From Promethearchaeota archaeon (GTDB lineage Archaea; Asgardarchaeota; Lokiarchaeia; Sigyniarchaeales; SOKP01), in assembly GCA_019058445.1 (NCBI GenBank), contig JAHPZA010000006.1, forward strand, positions 608,001 to 672,000: 64,000 bases of DNA, given 5' to 3'. Below are positions 1-9,454 of this stretch, in pieces (within the stretch, counting starts at the first letter, position 1; the number at the start of each line of letters is the position of its first letter). The notes beneath the pieces are model-generated. The model made no database searches, had not been told where the DNA came from, and saw only the letters and a list, made by a program, of their open reading frames with translations. A program made the position numbers and the translations under genes.

Positions 1-43
1 CAGCGCCGGTAATAACTGCCACCTTATTTTTAAACTCTTTCAT
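1..43 (-). CDS. SDR-family oxidoreductase, 5' end only (runs off window); tandem paralog of 109..978
   Basis: Minus strand from ATG at 43 reads MKEFKNKVAVITGA, nearly identical to the N-terminus of 109..978; not in the ORF track. Confidence 0.85.
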   Translation of the reverse strand, partial: MKEFKNKVAVITGA

Positions 44-108
44 ATTTTTTACACTTCCTTTTTGTTATAATGTTAAATATTGTTAATAAAATATATAAAT
101 TAAGGTCT

Positions 109-978
109 TTATTCTAAAGATTTATGAATTTGCTTATTTTGCTTAAATGCTTCCATGATTTCTTCATTGCGAGTTTGTATCATTCTCCTGTAAGCCAGCC
201 TTGTGTCGGTTAAAATATAAAAAACATCTTGTTTTATTGCCTCAAATACCATATCACCCACTCTATCAGGAACTTCTCCCTCCGCACCTAAACCACGCAT
301 CGCGTCCCAAATTTGCTCCAATTCAGGATGATCTATAGGTACAGTAATATCATTACAAAATTCCTCTGGACGATTTCGCTCGCAATCCATAATTCTAGTT
401 TTTACCATGCCAGGACAAAGCGCATGCATCTTAATTTTTGATTTTAAAAGGGAAAATTCCTTAGCTATGGCCTCTGTAAGACCCACAACCCCATATTTCG
501 TGACTATATACATTCCTTGGCCAATCTCATTTGCCATTAGACCAGAAAGAGAAGCAGTATTTACAATATGGCATTCAACATCTTGTTTGAGCATGATGGG
601 AATAAAGGTTCGAACCCCATAAATCACCCCCCATAAATTTACATCCATTATCCACTTCCAATCGGAAAGGGAACATTCCCAACTTATGCCAATTGGAGCA
701 GTGCCCGCATTATTACATAATAGGTGGACTTCCCCGAATGTATCAATTGTTTTTTGGGCTAAATTCTCGACATCTTCGGCTTTCGAAACATCTGTCAATA
801 CCGAAAGCACGGTTGCTCCAAGAGATTTCAATTCATTTTCAGTTTGAGCTAATGCCTCAGCCTCTATATCGGCTAAAACAACTTTCATACCTTCTCTGAC
901 TGCTCTATTGACAATCCCACGACCTATTCCGCTAGCTGCGCCAGTTATGACAGCTACTTTATCTTTAAAATCTTTCAA
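109..978 (-). CDS. Short-chain dehydrogenase/reductase
   Basis: TGAASGIG Rossmann motif, NNAG, catalytic YIVTK; TTG start. Confidence 0.95.
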   Translation of the reverse strand: MKDFKDKVAVITGAASGIGRGIVNRAVREGMKVVLADIEAEALAQTENELKSLGATVLSVLTDVSKAEDVENLAQKTIDTFGEVHLLCNNAGTAPIGISWECSLSDWKWIMDVNLWGVIYGVRTFIPIMLKQDVECHIVNTASLSGLMANEIGQGMYIVTKYGVVGLTEAIAKEFSLLKSKIKMHALCPGMVKTRIMDCERNRPEEFCNDITVPIDHPELEQIWDAMRGLGAEGEVPDRVGDMVFEAIKQDVFYILTDTRLAYRRMIQTRNEEIMEAFKQNKQIHKSLE

Positions 979-1089
979 TTTTATCTAACCTTCTCATTTT
1001 CATTTAATATTGACTTATAATTAAAAATACGTTATAGATTAATTTAATGAATTTCTTTTATTCAATACCTTATATTTATTTAAATAAAG

Positions 1090-2865
1090 CTATTTATCAA
1101 GTTCTTCAAGACCAAGCTTTTCAAAATAATCAACCATATCTAAAACTGGGAATAACATTGTTGCCAGCATGTACGTTTTTTCTAAATGTCCGTTAGAGGA
1201 AGTTTTTTCCTTCAAAATTTCGTCTAATTTTGATTGAAACTCTTGTATTAGAGATTTAATTTCCTGATATTGCTTTTCAGTTAATAAACGAAAGAAAAAT
1301 GGTAATTCTTCAATATTTTCAACCCATTGAATACCTCTTGGTTTGGTTTCATAAAATTGGCCATAAAGATTTAATCTCGATGTCTCTACCATTTTAATCA
1401 ATTGTCTTGATAATAAATTGATTGTTTTGAATGTGAAAGATTTTTTTTTGTAAAATTCATATATCTCTTCAAAGGATTTCATTGATTCTAAAGTAAATTT
1501 TGAAAAATCAATTTTTTTTGTACTATAGTCTAGATCCTCACTCAATTTATAGTAATTTTTTTTGATGGTACCTGCTTGCGGCTCATCCTCCTTAACATAG
1601 GATTCGATAAGACCTAAATCAATTAAATGTCTGGTATAACGAGATAAAGTAGCTTTACTTTTATTTATTCTTTTAGCTAAATCACTCAGGCTTAATTCTT
1701 TATAAATCCTTAAAAATAATAAGATTTTCATATAGAATTCATTATCGAGAACTTCTGAAAAAGAATTAAACATCATACTACGTAATATCCTGCGGCTCAA
1801 TGAAGCAAAAATTTCATCTACGTTATGACCAGTATTAGCAGAACTATATATATGACTAAATAATTGATGTTTTTTAGCTAGATTCATAGCCTCCTTATTT
1901 GAAATAGCTCTTTTTTCTAGGTCTGTTTTATTACCGACCATTAAAATAGGGACTTCTATATTTCCTCTAACATTTCTAAATTCTTGAATCCATTTATTCA
2001 TATTCTTAATGCTTAAATCATTAGTTAAATCATACATAAAAATACCTCCAGAAGCTCCCCTCATATAATAATATCTAATAGATTTAAATCGATCATCAGC
2101 AGAAATATCCCAAATTTGTAAAGTGATCTTTTTTCCATCTACATCTAAATCTTTTTTAAAAAAATCTACACCGCTTTCCGTTTTTTTAATTTCGGATTTA
2201 GGGTCTTTAGATACAAAATTAGTAACTATTGAAGATTTCCCTACACCCTTATCTCCAAATAAGCAAATCTTAAGTAGTAATTTCTTAGTAATTGTTGAAC
2301 ATATGCCAACTAATAATTGAAAAATTTTATCGAGTTCTTTTTTAAATTCTTCTGTATCTTTTATTGAGGTCTCAATATATTGAGTAATCCCCTCCTTTTT
2401 AGCAAATTTAATAAATTTATTTCTATCTATGTCTTTATTTTCTTTAACTAAATCGATTTTGTTACCAATTAATATAAAAGGGCCATCAATCTCAGCATTC
2501 GTTCGAATTAAATTGAGATATTTTTTAATATATTTCAAAGTTTTTGGTTTTGTAAGGTCAAAAATGAAAATTGCGGCATTAGCACCCTTACAATATTTTT
2601 TATGAACAAACTCGAATTTTTCATCATCAAAAAAAACCCAAAAATGAAATATGTATTCTTCTTTGTTAATCATTAATTTATGTCGAAGGAAATCAACTCC
2701 GATTATATCTCTTATGTCTTCTCCACCTTTCATAAATGGATTGGTGAATGTTGTTTTGCCAACCCCTGACGCTCCAACTACTAAAATTTTAAAACTACCT
2801 TCAGCCATTATTTTATCTTTGATTTTTTTCAATTTAATTTTATTTAAGATCACTTTAATTTTCAC
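1090..2865 (-). CDS. Two tandem Rab-like small GTPase domains fused to a C-terminal winged-HTH (ArsR-like) domain
   Basis: Domain 1 GASGVGKT/GVDF/NKID; domain 2 GDKGVGKS/GVDF/WDISA/NKTD/SAN; then ELSLSDLAKRINKSKATLSRYTRHLIDLGLI; start may be the Met of MAEGSF. Confidence 0.85.
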   Translation of the reverse strand: MKIKVILNKIKLKKIKDKIMAEGSFKILVVGASGVGKTTFTNPFMKGGEDIRDIIGVDFLRHKLMINKEEYIFHFWVFFDDEKFEFVHKKYCKGANAAIFIFDLTKPKTLKYIKKYLNLIRTNAEIDGPFILIGNKIDLVKENKDIDRNKFIKFAKKEGITQYIETSIKDTEEFKKELDKIFQLLVGICSTITKKLLLKICLFGDKGVGKSSIVTNFVSKDPKSEIKKTESGVDFFKKDLDVDGKKITLQIWDISADDRFKSIRYYYMRGASGGIFMYDLTNDLSIKNMNKWIQEFRNVRGNIEVPILMVGNKTDLEKRAISNKEAMNLAKKHQLFSHIYSSANTGHNVDEIFASLSRRILRSMMFNSFSEVLDNEFYMKILLFLRIYKELSLSDLAKRINKSKATLSRYTRHLIDLGLIESYVKEDEPQAGTIKKNYYKLSEDLDYSTKKIDFSKFTLESMKSFEEIYEFYKKKSFTFKTINLLSRQLIKMVETSRLNLYGQFYETKPRGIQWVENIEELPFFFRLLTEKQYQEIKSLIQEFQSKLDEILKEKTSSNGHLEKTYMLATMLFPVLDMVDYFEKLGLEELDK

Positions 2866-2930
2866 ATATTAAGAATTTATACAACAGAACTTTTTGAAAA
2901 TTTTAATATTTTTTTTTATTATATTATATT

Positions 2931-3341
2931 CTATACGAGCAATGCGATTTTTTCGCATATTTTTCTACAGTTAAGAAAAATTAGACCAATATTCGCATTT
3001 TTATTGGTAGAAATCATTAAAACTGCATTTTGACCAACTGTTAAAACAAGGAGATTGCGATCGGAACCTTGTATATAAACCTGTTCCAAATCACCCGCAC
3101 GCATTTGTAAAGAAGCTTTCTCAGCCGTACATAAAATTGATGCTGTTAAAGCTGCTAATTGTGTTTCATCAACGTCATGTGGAAGTGCTGAAGCTATTGG
3201 TAATCCTTCTTGGGATAAAATTGTTGCCGCTCTCACTTCAGGTATGATATGTAATAGTTCTTTTAAAATTTTCCGGAGTGATTTCAGATATGATTCTTTT
3301 TCGTCTTCTTTCTCTTCTTTTATTAATTTAAATGTCGAAAT
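2931..3341 (-). CDS. Roadblock/LC7 (MglB-like) protein
   Basis: ILSQEGLPIASALP..ETQLAALTASIL..GDLEQVYIQG roadblock pattern; frame is open 35 codons upstream of the called GTG (3236) to an ATT at 3341 lying 6 nt after GGTGA. Confidence 0.85.
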   Translation of the reverse strand: MSTFKLIKEEKEDEKESYLKSLRKILKELLHIIPEVRAATILSQEGLPIASALPHDVDETQLAALTASILCTAEKASLQMRAGDLEQVYIQGSDRNLLVLTVGQNAVLMISTNKNANIGLIFLNCRKICEKIALLV

Positions 3342-3411
3342 AATAAATCACCATTGATTTTTTTTAAAATTTATTTCAATCAAATTTTCAAAAAAAAATT
3401 TTTTATATTGA

Positions 3412-3606
3412 TTAAATTACTCCGCTTACCAAAATTGGTTTCTTTTTGTCTGAATTGGAATTATCAAAGCATTCAATGTGATAATATAAGGTATTATCTT
3501 TTCCCTCAACATATTTCCCATCTTTTAATTCACCATAGCTTATCTGGTAAACCTTGTCTAAATCTTCTTGCTTAATTTTTAATCCACACACATTACATCT
3601 AACCAT
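3412..3606 (-). CDS. Small zinc-finger protein (CxxC...HxxC)
   Basis: CNVC and YYHIECF; GAGGTGA RBS upstream. Confidence 0.7.
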   Translation of the reverse strand: MVRCNVCGLKIKQEDLDKVYQISYGELKDGKYVEGKDNTLYYHIECFDNSNSDKKKPILVSGVI

Positions 3607-3635
3607 TTTATTTTTTCACCTCTATTAGATTTTTA

Positions 3636-3857
3636 TTACAATCCTCTCCCTTTTAAGAATAAAAGAGTAGAAGAAAATTTGGCACTAGGAGGATTTAGGA
3701 TGAATGATTTTCCTTTCGTATAAGAAAAAAGGACCAATTTTACTAATTCATCAAAGTATCCTTTTTTTCTTTCTTTTTTTACCCCCTTAAGTTTTTCACT
3801 CATTACTCTTTCATTTTTCTCTTCTTGTTGTGTTTGTTTCTTAAATTCAATTGTCAT
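3636..3857 (-). CDS. Small basic hypothetical protein
   Basis: GAGGTGA RBS upstream of ATG; co-oriented in cluster. Confidence 0.55.
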   Translation of the reverse strand: MTIEFKKQTQQEEKNERVMSEKLKGVKKERKKGYFDELVKLVLFSYTKGKSFILNPPSAKFSSTLLFLKGRGL

Positions 3858-3895
3858 ACTTTCAGATCACCTCTTAATGAATTTTTTTTACAGTT

Positions 3896-4190
3896 TATCA
3901 CTTTTTAATAAATATCGTTAAATTGGGAGGTATTGCTTAGATCTAAAACTTCCGAATTCTCTTTCAATCGCTCATAAAATCTCAATAGTTTTTCGAATTT
4001 GGCTATTAGCTCATTGTAATAGTCCTGATCGGCATATTTCCTTTTTTTAAGTTCTTTTGCCTGTGTTATATCTCTTTTATATCTCTGTATTTTTTGATCA
4101 AGCAATTTTAATCACCTCACATTTTTTTTACTTTTTTTTCAAATTATTTCAACTTATGATTATTATGCAATGTTTCATATTTAAATATTT
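3896..4190. repeat. About 290-bp imperfect direct repeat, copy 1 (66-aa gene plus promoter); copy 2 at about 6030..6330
   Basis: Shared blocks such as atcactttttaataaat.tcgttaaattgggaggtattgctt and ttttttttcaaattatttc. Confidence 0.85.
3905..4105 (-). CDS. 66-aa helical hypothetical protein, copy 1
   Basis: GAGGTGA-N6-TTG start; close paralog of 6039..6239. Confidence 0.75.
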   Translation of the reverse strand: MLDQKIQRYKRDITQAKELKKRKYADQDYYNELIAKFEKLLRFYERLKENSEVLDLSNTSQFNDIY

Positions 4191-4223
4191 CGCAACGTTG
4201 CATAAATCATATTTTATGAAACA
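4165..4223. promoter_or_regulatory. Operator-like palindromes around a TATA-like box
   Basis: ATGCAATGTTTCAT (4165-4178), ATTTAAAT, palindromic GCAACGTTGC (4192-4201), ATGAAACA (4216-4223). Confidence 0.5.
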
Positions 4224-4314
4224 ATAAACTTTTATTTTGGATTAATATTGGTTTTACCCTCTTTCTCTCCAAGATTTCCAAATCCTATTTTTAAAACTCA
4301 AATTTGAGTTTGTC

Positions 4315-4875
4315 TTAATCGGGGGATAAATCCGCTATTGTGTATCGAATTAAATCTATCGTTTTAAAATGTTCAGTAAATAACTGTTCTTTGCTTATAG
4401 TAGCATCTAATGATAATGTTAAAAAGAAATCAGAGCCGCAATCAACTACAAGCAATTTTCCCTTATCACCTTGAATAAATACTATATTTAAACTTCCCTT
4501 TTTATATTCTCTACAAGCCCGTTCACTTAAAGATAATACCGCTGCCGTCATGGCTGCAACTTTAGTATCATCAGATCCTTCTGGGAGAATACTACTTATT
4601 GGTATACCTTGACTATTAATTAAAGCAACTGCGAGCACACCCTCAATCTTCATTATCATTTTTAGCAATAATGTGACATTTAAAATCTTATTGGTAATTC
4701 TATAAATTTTATATCTATCAATAAACAATCCAGTTTCCTCAATTAAGCCCTTTTCTTTTAATCTATTAATAGTAGTCCTTATTTTAGGTTCCTCTATACC
4801 TGTTTTTTCGCTTAATTGGGAAGTTGTAAGTGGTTGGTTTTTCAATTCTCGCATAATTTGTTGTCCTATTGTCAT
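4315..4875 (-). CDS. Winged-HTH::roadblock/LC7 fusion
   Basis: N-term PLTTSQLSEKTGIEEPKIRTTINRLKEKGLI; C-term INSQGIPISSILP..KVAAMTAAVLSLSERA..GSLNIVFIQG. Confidence 0.85.
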   Translation of the reverse strand: MTIGQQIMRELKNQPLTTSQLSEKTGIEEPKIRTTINRLKEKGLIEETGLFIDRYKIYRITNKILNVTLLLKMIMKIEGVLAVALINSQGIPISSILPEGSDDTKVAAMTAAVLSLSERACREYKKGSLNIVFIQGDKGKLLVVDCGSDFFLTLSLDATISKEQLFTEHFKTIDLIRYTIADLSPD

Positions 4876-5051
4876 TCGAATAATAGATCACCTTTTTTCA
4901 TAAATAACAAATCTATTATTTATAAACCAAATTAATTATTTAAATGTTATGTTAATGTTATACTAAGCAAAAATGAATATTTAAAGATGTTATATAAAAC
5001 CTAATTATGTTAAAAAAATTATTATGATTGATAGAGCTTTTTTGATTATCA

Positions 5052-5951
5052 TTATTTCTCTGCCTCATCATCTCTTAATTTGAATTTTTCCATAATTTTT
5101 TCCATTTTTTCTGAGATGATTTTCTCAATTTTCGTTTCTAAAGTATCTTGAACTTTCTCAGATTTTCCATAATTTTTGCGATATTCTCTGACAGCATCCC
5201 GAATCATTTGAGACATGGATTTATTCAATACATCCCTAGCAAAAATTTCCCATTCATTTTTTAATTCTTCCGTTAGCGTTAAATTAATTCTTGCTGTTTT
5301 TGTTGGTTTTGTATCTTCGAGATAGAGCTTGGTTCGTTGGACACATTCCATAAAGGCTTCGTAAACATTTTTTTGCTTGTCATACAGGCCAATTGTTTCA
5401 AAAATAATAGGATTCCATGTGTATGATGGATCCTCTGAATCAAAGATTAAGCCTTCATCTTTTAAAATTTGCTCAACTTCAGATTTATTAACCGTTTCTG
5501 ATAAATCCTGTTTATTTAACATAATGGTAAGCGGAATTTTTTTGACCAATTTACCCTTAGAAATTTCTTGAAGTTCTTTTAAACTTTCTATATTTTCAGT
5601 TACTCGAGATTTTTGTGAATCAAAAACAAAAATGACGCCATCAGTTCCGCGAAATACTTTTTTTCTTATAGTAACAAAACTTTTTACACCTGTAACCGTA
5701 TATATCTGGTAAAAAACTTTATCTATTTTTGGAAGTTCCTCTAAAAAATCAGTAAAAACAACTCTGTCGAAATATAAAGTTGTTCCGCTCGCTCTCTTTA
5801 TACTGGTCATATCACCAACTGGAATGATATCTTTATTTTTATCTTTAGTTAGTTTATGAAGTGTATCGAGAATTGTAGTCATACCGGCTTGATGTGGACC
5901 CCAATAAACAATCTTTATATATACTTTATTATCTGATGTCCATCGAACCAT
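5052..5951 (-). CDS. MglA-like GTPase with degenerate P-loop, fused to a C-terminal ribbon-helix-helix (CopG-like) domain
   Basis: KIVYWGP, TLYFDR, GTDGVIFVFDSQ, NKQD (MglA pattern); P-loop GPHQAGMTT; C-term RINLTLTEELKNEW..SMSQMIRDAVREY. Confidence 0.8.
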   Translation of the reverse strand: MVRWTSDNKVYIKIVYWGPHQAGMTTILDTLHKLTKDKNKDIIPVGDMTSIKRASGTTLYFDRVVFTDFLEELPKIDKVFYQIYTVTGVKSFVTIRKKVFRGTDGVIFVFDSQKSRVTENIESLKELQEISKGKLVKKIPLTIMLNKQDLSETVNKSEVEQILKDEGLIFDSEDPSYTWNPIIFETIGLYDKQKNVYEAFMECVQRTKLYLEDTKPTKTARINLTLTEELKNEWEIFARDVLNKSMSQMIRDAVREYRKNYGKSEKVQDTLETKIEKIISEKMEKIMEKFKLRDDEAEK

Positions 5952-6029
5952 TGAATTTACTCTTGGAAATTTGATTAATTAACCTTTATTAAATAAAAAT
6001 TAAAATTAATTCTATTTTTTTTAATATTC

Positions 6030-6330
6030 TATCACTTTTTAATAAATGTCGTTAAATTGGGAGGTATTGCTTTGATCCAAAGCTTCCGAACTCTCTTTTA
6101 ATCGTTCGTAGAATCTCAATAGTTTTTCGAATTTAGCTATTAGCCCATTGTAATAATCTTGATATGCATATTTCTTTTTTTTAAGTTCCTTTGCATATGC
6201 TATATCTCTTTTATATCTCTCTATTTTTTGATCGAGCAATTCTATTCACCTCCCAATTTTTTTTTTTCCTTTTTTTTCAAATTATTTCGATTTAAGATTA
6301 TTATTACATAAGTTATATATAAATTTTACG
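6030..6330. repeat. About 290-bp imperfect direct repeat, copy 2
   Basis: Aligns by eye with 3896..4190. Confidence 0.85.
6039..6239 (-). CDS. 66-aa helical hypothetical protein, copy 2
   Basis: GGAGGTGA-N6-TTG; close paralog of 3905..4105. Confidence 0.75.
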   Translation of the reverse strand: MLDQKIERYKRDIAYAKELKKKKYAYQDYYNGLIAKFEKLLRFYERLKESSEALDQSNTSQFNDIY

Positions 6331-6518
6331 TAAAAATTACATAAAAGTAACATAAAAATTGCATATTTATAGAAAAAAATATCTTAATATCATTCTCACT
6401 TCAAAATTGCATATTTCTTAACCTGAAGTGATTTAAAATATCTCTAAAAGTGAAAAGAATACTATTTTATATTCTAATAATTTTATATCTAGTATTAAAA
6501 AAATGAAGATGGTATATT

Positions 6519-6881
6519 ATGCCAGAAATAGAACAATATAAATACGAAACTCTTATTAAAGTGTTTGTTATATTGGGAGGGTTTATTGGGCTAGTAACTC
6601 AGATAATATACTTAGCTGGACTTTCATACTTCCCCAGGATCATTCCAAACTGGTGGGGAACTTCTATTATAATTATTCTATTAGTTGGAATAGTTATTTC
6701 AGTATTAACAATTATCTGCGGATTAAGAAAACAGTCAAAAACCGGAAATGAAATTGTTCCGTTTCATTGGATTACATTTCTCATTTTAGGAATATTATTA
6801 GTCCTGTTTGGAGGCGGTATAGTTGCTTGTGTTTTGCTTATTATTGCTTTTATCTTAGGTCTTATTGATGAATTTGTGTAA
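6519..6881 (+). CDS. Small multi-pass membrane protein
   Basis: 3-4 hydrophobic segments. Confidence 0.7.
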   Translation: MPEIEQYKYETLIKVFVILGGFIGLVTQIIYLAGLSYFPRIIPNWWGTSIIIILLVGIVISVLTIICGLRKQSKTGNEIVPFHWITFLILGILLVLFGGGIVACVLLIIAFILGLIDEFV

Positions 6882-6925
6882 AATAAGGCAATAATGAATT
6901 TCTTTTTTTTTTACGATTTAACCAT

Positions 6926-7795
6926 CTAATCCATCCCAGTTTCTAGAAAATAAGATATTATTTTTTCAGGTATATTAATTTCCGTAACTTTTTGTAAAGC
7001 AGTGAAACCGGGAATTGAATTTACTTCAATTACATAGTAACCCTCTTCGCTTTCTAATATATCGACCCCAGCAATTTCAGTTTTAGTAACTTGCGCCGAT
7101 TTAACTGCCAATTTTGTTAGCTCCTCAGTAAGTTCTAATGGTTTTACTTCAGCACCAGCGTATACATTTGTCTTCCAGTTATCACTTACTCTATACATAC
7201 CAGCAATCGCTTTATCTCCGATTACAAAGATTCTAATATCTCGGTTATAATGCTCTATAAACTCTTGAAGATAGAAAACCTCGTTTAACTGTCCTAAGGT
7301 AATTATTACATTTTCTGCAAATCCTTTATCATTCAATCGAGAAATTCCAATGCCCTTAGAACCAAATAAAGGTTTAATAATTACATCGCCGCCAAGTTCT
7401 TCATACATATGAATTGCATCATGGGGATCTTCACAAATTATTGTTTTGGGGGTTGGAATATTATGTTTTTCTAAAAATACTGATGTTAAAAATTTATCAC
7501 TCGCAATCTCTAAGGATTCCCTTGAATTAATCAATCTTATTCCATACTCTTCAATAGCCCTTAATATATCGAGCCTAAAAAATATCTTTTGAGTTACATT
7601 TGCCCCAAAACCTCTAACCAGAATTCTTTTCGGTTCAAGATTGAGAAATTGATCTTCAAATTTATGGATATTAACTTTCACTTTAATGGTTGAGGGAATA
7701 AAATATTGCACTTCATATCCTTTACTATTAAATTCACTTGTTAATAATTGAATTTCCGGGTCCTTAGGATTAGGAGTTATAATCATGGTATACAT
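6926..7795 (-). CDS. RimK-family ATP-grasp alpha-L-glutamate ligase
   Basis: DKFLT, IIKPLFGSKGIG, YLQEFI, DIRIFV, NWKTN, EVNSIPGF. Confidence 0.9.
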   Translation of the reverse strand: MYTMIITPNPKDPEIQLLTSEFNSKGYEVQYFIPSTIKVKVNIHKFEDQFLNLEPKRILVRGFGANVTQKIFFRLDILRAIEEYGIRLINSRESLEIASDKFLTSVFLEKHNIPTPKTIICEDPHDAIHMYEELGGDVIIKPLFGSKGIGISRLNDKGFAENVIITLGQLNEVFYLQEFIEHYNRDIRIFVIGDKAIAGMYRVSDNWKTNVYAGAEVKPLELTEELTKLAVKSAQVTKTEIAGVDILESEEGYYVIEVNSIPGFTALQKVTEINIPEKIISYFLETGMD

Positions 7796-7888
7796 TTTTT
7801 ATTCCTTGTAAGAAATTACTTAATTGGGTAGGATCAATATTTATAAATTGAGGCACTATAAATATATTTAATTTATATGAAAATATAG

Positions 7889-8509
7889 ATGAACTCAATG
7901 GACAGTCAAGAAAAAGAAAAAGAAATCGAAAAATTAAGCAAAGTGCTAAGTAGCATTCAAAATCTATATTATAAAAAAAAAGAGCAGCTTGATGAATTAC
8001 AATTAGAAATATCTGAATTAAAAGTTATGCTGAATCATCTTAATTCGATTGTCTCAAACAAATCTTTTCATAGTGCGGATGAATTATATCATAGTGCTTT
8101 GAATACGTTAGAGAAAGAGGAAAATTCGGTAGAGGAGTATTTTCAAGAAGAAGTTCCGGCTGAGAAAGCGAAAGGAACCAAAATAAAACGAAAAATATTT
8201 TCTAAAGATGACCAAGACCTGTTATGTGTTCTAAATTTTATTGATTTTAATCAAATTCAAATTAAGTTTATTGATCCAGACGTAAGAAATATAAAAGAAT
8301 CTTGTGAAGAATTTGTTAATATTTTCTTAAGAGGAGCGTTAATTCCAATAAAAGAGAAATATCCCGAAATGAAACTAGATTATGTTCATTTTAAAAACTC
8401 TAATATTATTGAAAAGATAGAGATCTCGAATATAACCTCTATTAACGATTATGATTTAATTACGTCCAAAATACGGGAATTGCTTTTTATAATCAAATCT
8501 GAGAAATAA
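7889..8509 (+). CDS. Hypothetical protein with N-terminal coiled coil
   Basis: Long ORF, heptad-rich N-terminus. Confidence 0.7.
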   Translation: MNSMDSQEKEKEIEKLSKVLSSIQNLYYKKKEQLDELQLEISELKVMLNHLNSIVSNKSFHSADELYHSALNTLEKEENSVEEYFQEEVPAEKAKGTKIKRKIFSKDDQDLLCVLNFIDFNQIQIKFIDPDVRNIKESCEEFVNIFLRGALIPIKEKYPEMKLDYVHFKNSNIIEKIEISNITSINDYDLITSKIRELLFIIKSEK

Positions 8510-8640
8510 TCTCATAGATTAGCAACTTTTATCATTAGCAAAGAAATATATTGAGATATTATTTTGTTTTATTAAAACACAAAAAATTAATACATACGTC
8601 CATTTTTAATTATATAAATATTGTAGGAGTGTAGGTAATA

Positions 8641-9453
8641 TTGGCGAAAAAGAAAAAATCATGGCTACAAATGCCACAAGTACATTCAAAATTTAAAGAT
8701 GAAGCTTTAGAAGACGTTTTAATTAATAAGGCAGTTCAACTTTTATCCCCTGGAGGAAAGGGTGACCCGCCATCATTTATCTTTCTCTGCGGGAATTTCT
8801 TCGATGTAAAAGGCTATGTTTATAGCGCTTTACGGGCATGGAAAGGAGCAGTAAAGCCCACAGATAAAGGTGGAAGACAACCTCTATTAGAAGCTACATT
8901 CGCATCTTTATCAGTATATTTAAGTTCTTTATTATCACTTCAGGCCGATTTTTATTTCGCGTATGATGAGATCAAAGAACTTTTACTTACGAATAAAAGA
9001 GAAGATTTATGGACAATAGTAGAAGAAAAATTACCATTTATTTCATTGCCTCCTAAAGAAATGTATGGTAGCCAAGTCTCACCGATTTCTCCCTATTTTG
9101 TTATTCAGCAAGATGAGGATCTCACTCTCGGGGAGATCTATCCAAGTGTCTACTTGTCAGAGATAATCACCAATATTAAATCAAGATTTTTTGTATTTTT
9201 CCAACATGAAGGGTATTCTGCGTTTGGATTTTTCAATTCTTTACCACCTCGTAAAAATTTTGGATTTGAGAAAAAAGCAAAGGCATTTACCGGTGAGAGC
9301 AGTTCTGAAAATATCGTAAAATTTGTCAAGGGAGCCAAAAATCTCAAGGAAGTGATGATTGGCTTTATTAATAGCCACAACAATGCATTCCTTGAACAAT
9401 ATCTCATTGAAGATTATGAATTATTACTAAATAAGCTACTGGAGGGGACCTAA
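8641..9453 (+). CDS. Hypothetical protein, 1 bp upstream of a GTPase gene
   Basis: 270-aa ORF, GGAG/AGGT RBS, TTG start. Confidence 0.75.
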   Translation: MAKKKKSWLQMPQVHSKFKDEALEDVLINKAVQLLSPGGKGDPPSFIFLCGNFFDVKGYVYSALRAWKGAVKPTDKGGRQPLLEATFASLSVYLSSLLSLQADFYFAYDEIKELLLTNKREDLWTIVEEKLPFISLPPKEMYGSQVSPISPYFVIQQDEDLTLGEIYPSVYLSEIITNIKSRFFVFFQHEGYSAFGFFNSLPPRKNFGFEKKAKAFTGESSSENIVKFVKGAKNLKEVMIGFINSHNNAFLEQYLIEDYELLLNKLLEGT

Positions 9454-9454
9454 A

